Assembly: GCA_014381925.1 (NCBI GenBank)
Contig: JACNKR010000063.1
Location: 2,375 to 66,374, forward strand
Length of the DNA: 64,000 bases
Direction: 5' to 3'
Source of the DNA: Fidelibacterota bacterium
GTDB taxonomy: Bacteria > Fidelibacterota > Marinisomatia > SCGC-AAA003-L08 > GCA-2689995
Below the pieces are notes generated by a model. That model was given only the letters and a program-made list of their open reading frames with translations, ran no database searches and was not told where the DNA came from. A program made the position numbers and the translations under genes. Of this stretch, positions 59,093-64,000 are shown piece after piece. Numbering within the stretch: position 1 is the first letter of the stretch; the number at the start of each line of letters is the position of its first letter.

Positions 59093-60500
59093 AATATTAT
59101 TAATTATTTTAATTTCTTCTTTTGGAATTTCCGAAATAATTTTTCCAACTGAAGAGTCTCGTCATGAAAATGAAATACTTTGGGATAACCAATTCCAAAC
59201 TGGAAAATTAAAAATTTATTCAAATTATATTTCATCAAATGCAATCAATAAATTTTATACTCGATATTTTAGAGAAAACAATGAAACCTCTTATGGGATA
59301 AGAATTGGTGATTATATTAATCAGTCGCCGCCTGTAATTGAGCGATATTTTTTTAAATTGAATTATTCACTATTCTTTCTACAAATTGGCTCATATAATA
59401 TTAATACAGGAAAAGGATTATCTTTTGGTTCTGAATATGGTTCTTCATTTCAGGTTGAGTCCGTAAATCAGCTTGCAAAAAATAATTGGGGGTTTAAATC
59501 AAATTTATCATCTATTATATCTGAGGAAACAAACGCAATATTAATAGGGTTAAATTATAAGAATATAAATAGTTATTTACTTGGTGATGATAATTTAAAT
59601 AAAAATTATTTTTTTCTTAAAAGTAATTTCTCTCCTTTTATTATAAATATAATTAAACCATTGTTTATTAATAAAATTGCAATAAATACGCAATTTAAAA
59701 ACAATACTTTTGATATTAATTCTGAAGTATTAGATCAATCTTTTGTTTTATCTTTTTTAAAAAAGGGACAATTACTTGATTTATTTTTTCATTATCGACA
59801 TTATCAACCTAATTTTATTTCATTTAAGGGAAAACACTTTCATCGGTTAAATACAGAAATGGGAGAAGCTGGCATCATTTCTTCTTTAACAAGAAAATCA
59901 AAGCATATAAAATATTCTATTGGTCTTGAAATTTATAAACCTATTAAATTTATAGAACACAATGAAAGGCATGCCTTTACTCGGTTTTATTTTTATTTAA
60001 TTACAAAGAGCTATCCAAATAATCTTGGAATTGACTGGGAGCAACGATTATTCAATGAAGATCAAGAGTACATTGAAAATGAATTAATTTTTAATGAAAA
60101 TCGAGATATAAGAATGAATCGTTGGGGTACATTTGCAAAATTTAATAATAATTTGATATTTAAACTTCAGGCAATTCAATTAATAAATGATAAAAGTCAT
60201 GAATTTTCTTATAGTTATTCTATTCGACAAAAAAATATAAATTTTTTTGTTTTAAATATAAATTTAGGAGCAACAAAATATAATGTACCAGATTGGTCGC
60301 TAAGAACATATGATTACGAACCCGGATTGCCAGGAGAATTTAGGTTAAAATCACGCAATGGTAATGGAATTTCTTTATTTTCTGTAGTTACTTTTATTAT
60401 TTCAAATGAATCAAAGTTACACTTTAGAATGAGCATTGAAAGGAAAAATGGTGAAGAAATAAAAACTGAATTTGGATTGCAGTTGAATATTGGATACTGA
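59076..60500 (+). CDS. Predicted outer-membrane beta-barrel protein, unknown family
   Basis: Signal peptide, beta-rich sequence, C-terminal ...FGLQLNIGY. Overlaps the upstream gene by 17 nt. Confidence 0.35.
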   Translation: MKLSTKILLIILISSFGISEIIFPTEESRHENEILWDNQFQTGKLKIYSNYISSNAINKFYTRYFRENNETSYGIRIGDYINQSPPVIERYFFKLNYSLFFLQIGSYNINTGKGLSFGSEYGSSFQVESVNQLAKNNWGFKSNLSSIISEETNAILIGLNYKNINSYLLGDDNLNKNYFFLKSNFSPFIINIIKPLFINKIAINTQFKNNTFDINSEVLDQSFVLSFLKKGQLLDLFFHYRHYQPNFISFKGKHFHRLNTEMGEAGIISSLTRKSKHIKYSIGLEIYKPIKFIEHNERHAFTRFYFYLITKSYPNNLGIDWEQRLFNEDQEYIENELIFNENRDIRMNRWGTFAKFNNNLIFKLQAIQLINDKSHEFSYSYSIRQKNINFFVLNINLGATKYNVPDWSLRTYDYEPGLPGEFRLKSRNGNGISLFSVVTFIISNESKLHFRMSIERKNGEEIKTEFGLQLNIGY

Positions 60501-60529
60501 CCTAATAAAAGAATAAATTTTGACCTATT

Positions 60530-62008
60530 ATGAAACACTATTTTAATACATTTAAATTTATAATTGTATTGTTTTTCCAACTAACCGTTCTATTTGGAGA
60601 ATCTGCAATTATTAAAAACATTACCCTGCCTGTTTTTCGAATTAACGGTAATCCATATATTAAAGTTGCAGACCTAACACCCTTGCCTGGTATTTCTTCT
60701 ACATTAAATGAATATGAATCTTTGGATATTGATTTTTTAGGTGCTAAAATTAATCTTAATAATGGTGGATCATATTTCAGAATAAACAATGAATTATACC
60801 ATATGCCATTATGGGTGGAAATTAAAGATAAAGATTTTTTTATTCCATATCATGGTTTTTTTAGAGTATTAGAACAATTGGGTTTAGTTAATTCTTCCCT
60901 TGATCCAGCAATAGATATTGTTTCAATGGAATTAATAAGATATAATATTACAAAACTTTCTTTTGATCAAAAAACAAATGGTTGCTCAATTAGAGTTCAT
61001 AATATTGGAGCATTTAATTTAAGTTCCATTTCTTCTACACTTGTAAAAAAACCAGGAGAATGGTTAAGCCTTACAATTCCAGGGGGACGAATTAATTCAA
61101 AGGTAATTGAAAATTCTAAAATAATGGGCCCAATTAAAAAAGTTCGCACAACTCAATTGGCTGAAAGTGCACAATTATCTCTTCAATTAAAACAAGCGGT
61201 TGATGATGTAGATATTCGAATTGATGAAACAACCAATGATTTATTAATAATTATTAGAGTTGATCATTCAGAAAATGCAGAACGCATTAAAGAAATTAGA
61301 AAAAAATGGCTATTAGATACGATTGTTATTGATCCGGGGCATGGTGGCAAAGATCCCGGAACATTGGGGCAAAAAGGGACAAAAGAAAAAGATATTGTTC
61401 TTGATATTTCAATGAGGCTTGGAAAGTTAATTGAAAAAGAAATGGGGGTTAAGGTGATTTATACCCGCACAACCGATGTTTTCATTCCTCTGTGGAAACG
61501 AACAAAAATTGCAAATGAGTCTGGGGGCAAGGTCTTTATAAGTATCCATGCAAATTCAACATCGAACCATAATGTTAGAGGTTTTGAAACCTATTTACTT
61601 CGAACAGGAAAATCAAAGGATGCAATTGATGTTGCTCAGCGGGAAAACTCTGTGATTACACTTGAAGAAAAAAACCACCCCTATCGCGACTTTTCTTCAG
61701 AAAGTTTAATTTTAGCAACAATGGCTCAAAATGTATATATAAAAGAAAGTGAATTTTTTGCAAGTGTTATTCAAGAAGAATTAGAAAGTGCAATAGGCGC
61801 AAATAACAGAGGGGTTAAACAGGCAGGATTTCAAGTTTTAGTTGGAGCATCGATGCCAAATGTGCTAATTGAAACAGGGTTTTTAAGTAATTCAAAAGAA
61901 GAAAGAAATTTTAATAAAAAGGGTTACCGCAAAAAAATTGCTCGAGGGATATTTAATGCTTTAGTTGAGTTTAAAGATAAATATGAAAACGCTGTAATTA
62001 ATGAATAA
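60530..62008 (+). CDS. amiC: N-acetylmuramoyl-L-alanine amidase (Amidase_3) with AMIN-like N-terminal domain
   Basis: IVIDPGHGGKDPGTLG, FISIHANS, ETGFLSN. Confidence 0.8.
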   Translation: MKHYFNTFKFIIVLFFQLTVLFGESAIIKNITLPVFRINGNPYIKVADLTPLPGISSTLNEYESLDIDFLGAKINLNNGGSYFRINNELYHMPLWVEIKDKDFFIPYHGFFRVLEQLGLVNSSLDPAIDIVSMELIRYNITKLSFDQKTNGCSIRVHNIGAFNLSSISSTLVKKPGEWLSLTIPGGRINSKVIENSKIMGPIKKVRTTQLAESAQLSLQLKQAVDDVDIRIDETTNDLLIIIRVDHSENAERIKEIRKKWLLDTIVIDPGHGGKDPGTLGQKGTKEKDIVLDISMRLGKLIEKEMGVKVIYTRTTDVFIPLWKRTKIANESGGKVFISIHANSTSNHNVRGFETYLLRTGKSKDAIDVAQRENSVITLEEKNHPYRDFSSESLILATMAQNVYIKESEFFASVIQEELESAIGANNRGVKQAGFQVLVGASMPNVLIETGFLSNSKEERNFNKKGYRKKIARGIFNALVEFKDKYENAVINE

Positions 62009-62807
62009 ATTTTCAAATTCTCCAATAGGAATTTTTGATAGTGGGCTTGGGGGATTAACGGTTTTACAAGATCTTGAAAAAAGCCTTCCAAATGAATCTT
62101 TTATTTATTTTGGTGATACTGCTCGAGTACCTTACGGAAATAAAAGCTCTAAAACTGTTATTCAATATTCTAACCAAATTGTTCAATTTTTACAATCTCA
62201 TCATGTTAAAATGATTGTAATTGCGTGTAATACAAGCTCTGCCCTTGCATTAAAAACACTAAAAACTAAATTTAATTTACCTATGTTTGATGTAATTAAA
62301 CCTGCGGTAATGATGGCTGAAAAAGTTAGCCTAACCAATACAATCATTGTTTTAGGTACAAGAGCAACAATTGACTCTTGTGCATATTCAAAAACATTTT
62401 CAGAGATTAATAGTAAAAAAGCTATTATTGAAAAAGCATGTCCATTATTTGTTCCTATTATTGAAGAGGGTTTATTGTCGGGGAAAATTACCGATGAAAT
62501 TATTCAATTATATTTAGCTGAAATAACAAAAATTAATTTTAGTCAAATTATTTTGGGATGTACTCATTATCCAATGATTAAAAAAAATATTCAACAGTTT
62601 TTAGGAGAAAAGAAAAAATTAATTACTTCTGGTGATGCATTAACACCCGTTATAAAACAGTTTTTAATTAATAATAATTTATCTTCATGTTCCAAAAAAA
62701 AAGAAACTCAATTTTTTATTACTGATTTACCTCAAAAATTTCAAGAACTTGGAAGTCGTTTTTTAGGGAAAAAGCTTAATAATATTTCACATATCAGTAA
62801 TTTCTAA
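62001..62807 (+). CDS. murI: Glutamate racemase
   Basis: IGIFDSGLGGLTV, IACNTSSA, LGCTHYP. Confidence 0.9.
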   Translation: MNKFSNSPIGIFDSGLGGLTVLQDLEKSLPNESFIYFGDTARVPYGNKSSKTVIQYSNQIVQFLQSHHVKMIVIACNTSSALALKTLKTKFNLPMFDVIKPAVMMAEKVSLTNTIIVLGTRATIDSCAYSKTFSEINSKKAIIEKACPLFVPIIEEGLLSGKITDEIIQLYLAEITKINFSQIILGCTHYPMIKKNIQQFLGEKKKLITSGDALTPVIKQFLINNNLSSCSKKKETQFFITDLPQKFQELGSRFLGKKLNNISHISNF

Positions 62808-64000
62808 TGGATATACATGATTTTTTAAAATCATTAAACCCTGGAAAAATAAAATTGGGGCATAATAGAACAATTGCATTAATGTCTGAATGCAATAATC
62901 CTCAAAAAGGACTAAATGTTATTCAAATAGCTGGGACGAATGGAAAGGGGTCTGTCTGTGCAATTTTAGAAAACATTTATCGAAAGGCGGGTTATAAAAC
63001 AGGGCTATTTACTTCTCCCCATTTAAATAAATTAAATGAACGAATCCGGGTTAATGGGTTTGCAATAAATGACCAAGAAATATTCAACTTTCTACACAAA
63101 TATGGTAGGGGGGTAATTAGAACAGACGCCTCTTTTTTTGAAACACTTACCGCTATTGCTTTTTGGTTTTTTAAAAAAAAACAAGTTGATATAGCAATTA
63201 TGGAAACAGGGCTTGGAGGAAGACTAGATAGTGTTACAATTTGCGAACCTATTGCAACAGGAATTACCAAAATTTCTTTAGATCATGTAGAAATTTTAGG
63301 AGACACTCTAAAAAAAATTGCTTATGAAAAAGCGGGAATAATGAAAAAAAATATTCCCTGTTTTACAGTAGAACAAAATATTGATGTAATGTCTGTTCTT
63401 AAAAATTTTGCACAAAATATAAGCTGTCCACTAGAAATTACTAAACCACATTCAAGCTTATCTATTGCTTTACATGGTAACCATCAAAATGAAAACACGG
63501 GTTTAGCCTTAAATATAATTGAAGAATTAGATCAATTTAATATCGATGAAGAACATATTTCTAATGCAATTGAATCTATAAATTGGTTCGGTCGATATCA
63601 AATATTATCAGATAAACCGAAAATAATATTTGATGTCGGTCATAATACAGATGGTATTTCCGCTTTTTTGAATACTTTTTCTAAAGAAAAAGTAACAGGG
63701 CGAAAATTTCTTTTAATAGCACTCCAAGGTCGAAAAAATATTTCTTCAATTTCACACCAACTCACAAAACAATTTAATACTATTTTTTGTGCCGAAATTA
63801 AAATAAAAAACTTTATGAAAGCAAAAGACCTTTTTGATAATCTTGGGAAAAAAAGTAATTTAAAAGTAATAAATCAATTAACTATACCTTTTTTTGATCA
63901 TTTTATTAAGCAATTAATGCCTGAAGATTGCCTTTGTATAGTCGGTACACATTATTTTGGAGAATTAATTTCAAAAAAGTTTAAAATCTCTTTTGACAAT
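62807..64000 (+). CDS. folC: Folylpolyglutamate synthase / dihydrofolate synthase (3' end outside the window)
   Basis: Not in the ORF track because there is no stop in the window. ATG at 62807 overlaps the murI stop (TAATG). MDIHDFLKSLNPGKIKLGHNR...IQIAGTNGKGSV (Mur-ligase P-loop)...LFTSPHL...METGLGGRLD...DVGHN; the frame is open to base 64000. Confidence 0.8.
   Translation, partial: MDIHDFLKSLNPGKIKLGHNRTIALMSECNNPQKGLNVIQIAGTNGKGSVCAILENIYRKAGYKTGLFTSPHLNKLNERIRVNGFAINDQEIFNFLHKYGRGVIRTDASFFETLTAIAFWFFKKKQVDIAIMETGLGGRLDSVTICEPIATGITKISLDHVEILGDTLKKIAYEKAGIMKKNIPCFTVEQNIDVMSVLKNFAQNISCPLEITKPHSSLSIALHGNHQNENTGLALNIIEELDQFNIDEEHISNAIESINWFGRYQILSDKPKIIFDVGHNTDGISAFLNTFSKEKVTGRKFLLIALQGRKNISSISHQLTKQFNTIFCAEIKIKNFMKAKDLFDNLGKKSNLKVINQLTIPFFDHFIKQLMPEDCLCIVGTHYFGELISKKFKISFDN

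Overview
AT-rich (about 30% G+C by eye), densely coding bacterial chromosomal segment with about 60 genes, no rRNA or intact tRNA, no CRISPR array, and no transposase or integrase. The gene content suggests a Gram-negative, probably marine, FCB-superphylum-like organism (inference only): a T9SS-type C-terminal sorting domain, ExbB-ExbD-ExbD-TonB, DUF4159 and MoxR/DUF58 'Bat-like' genes, an LptD-like giant OMP, and menE/menC/menA. Most of the window (about 8-64 kb) is ordinary, tightly packed housekeeping and envelope DNA: ctp, rarA, rlmN, eno-ftsB-amiC-murI-folC, a Wzx-type glycan locus, amidohydrolases and an ABC exporter. The unusual parts are as follows. (1) The left 8 kb is an accessory operon-like string in which four genes carry only in-frame stop codons (7 TAA and 1 TAG by my reading) with no frameshifts. 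Within it sits a complete minimal GGQ release-factor/ArfB-like ORF that has no ATG/GTG/TTG start but has a strong SD plus an ATT codon. (2) A 330-nt gap between convergent genes (45404-45734) has raised G+C, strong C>G skew, repeated CCUCCCA motifs, hairpins and stacked terminators, making it a candidate sRNA. (3) A lone PD-(D/E)XK nuclease gene lies between unusually long flanks, one carrying a tRNA-3'-end-like fragment. (4) A full-length bacterial homolog of animal alkylglycerol monooxygenase sits next to a second fatty-acid-hydroxylase protein and an NPP phosphodiesterase, with an esterase/GMC oxidase/aldehyde dehydrogenase operon elsewhere in the window. (5) A four-gene operon (DUF4159, giant coiled-coil membrane protein, TPR protein, GATase-like protein) is physically separated from a MoxR-DUF58 pair. 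All family assignments come from motif recognition by eye; no database search was run.
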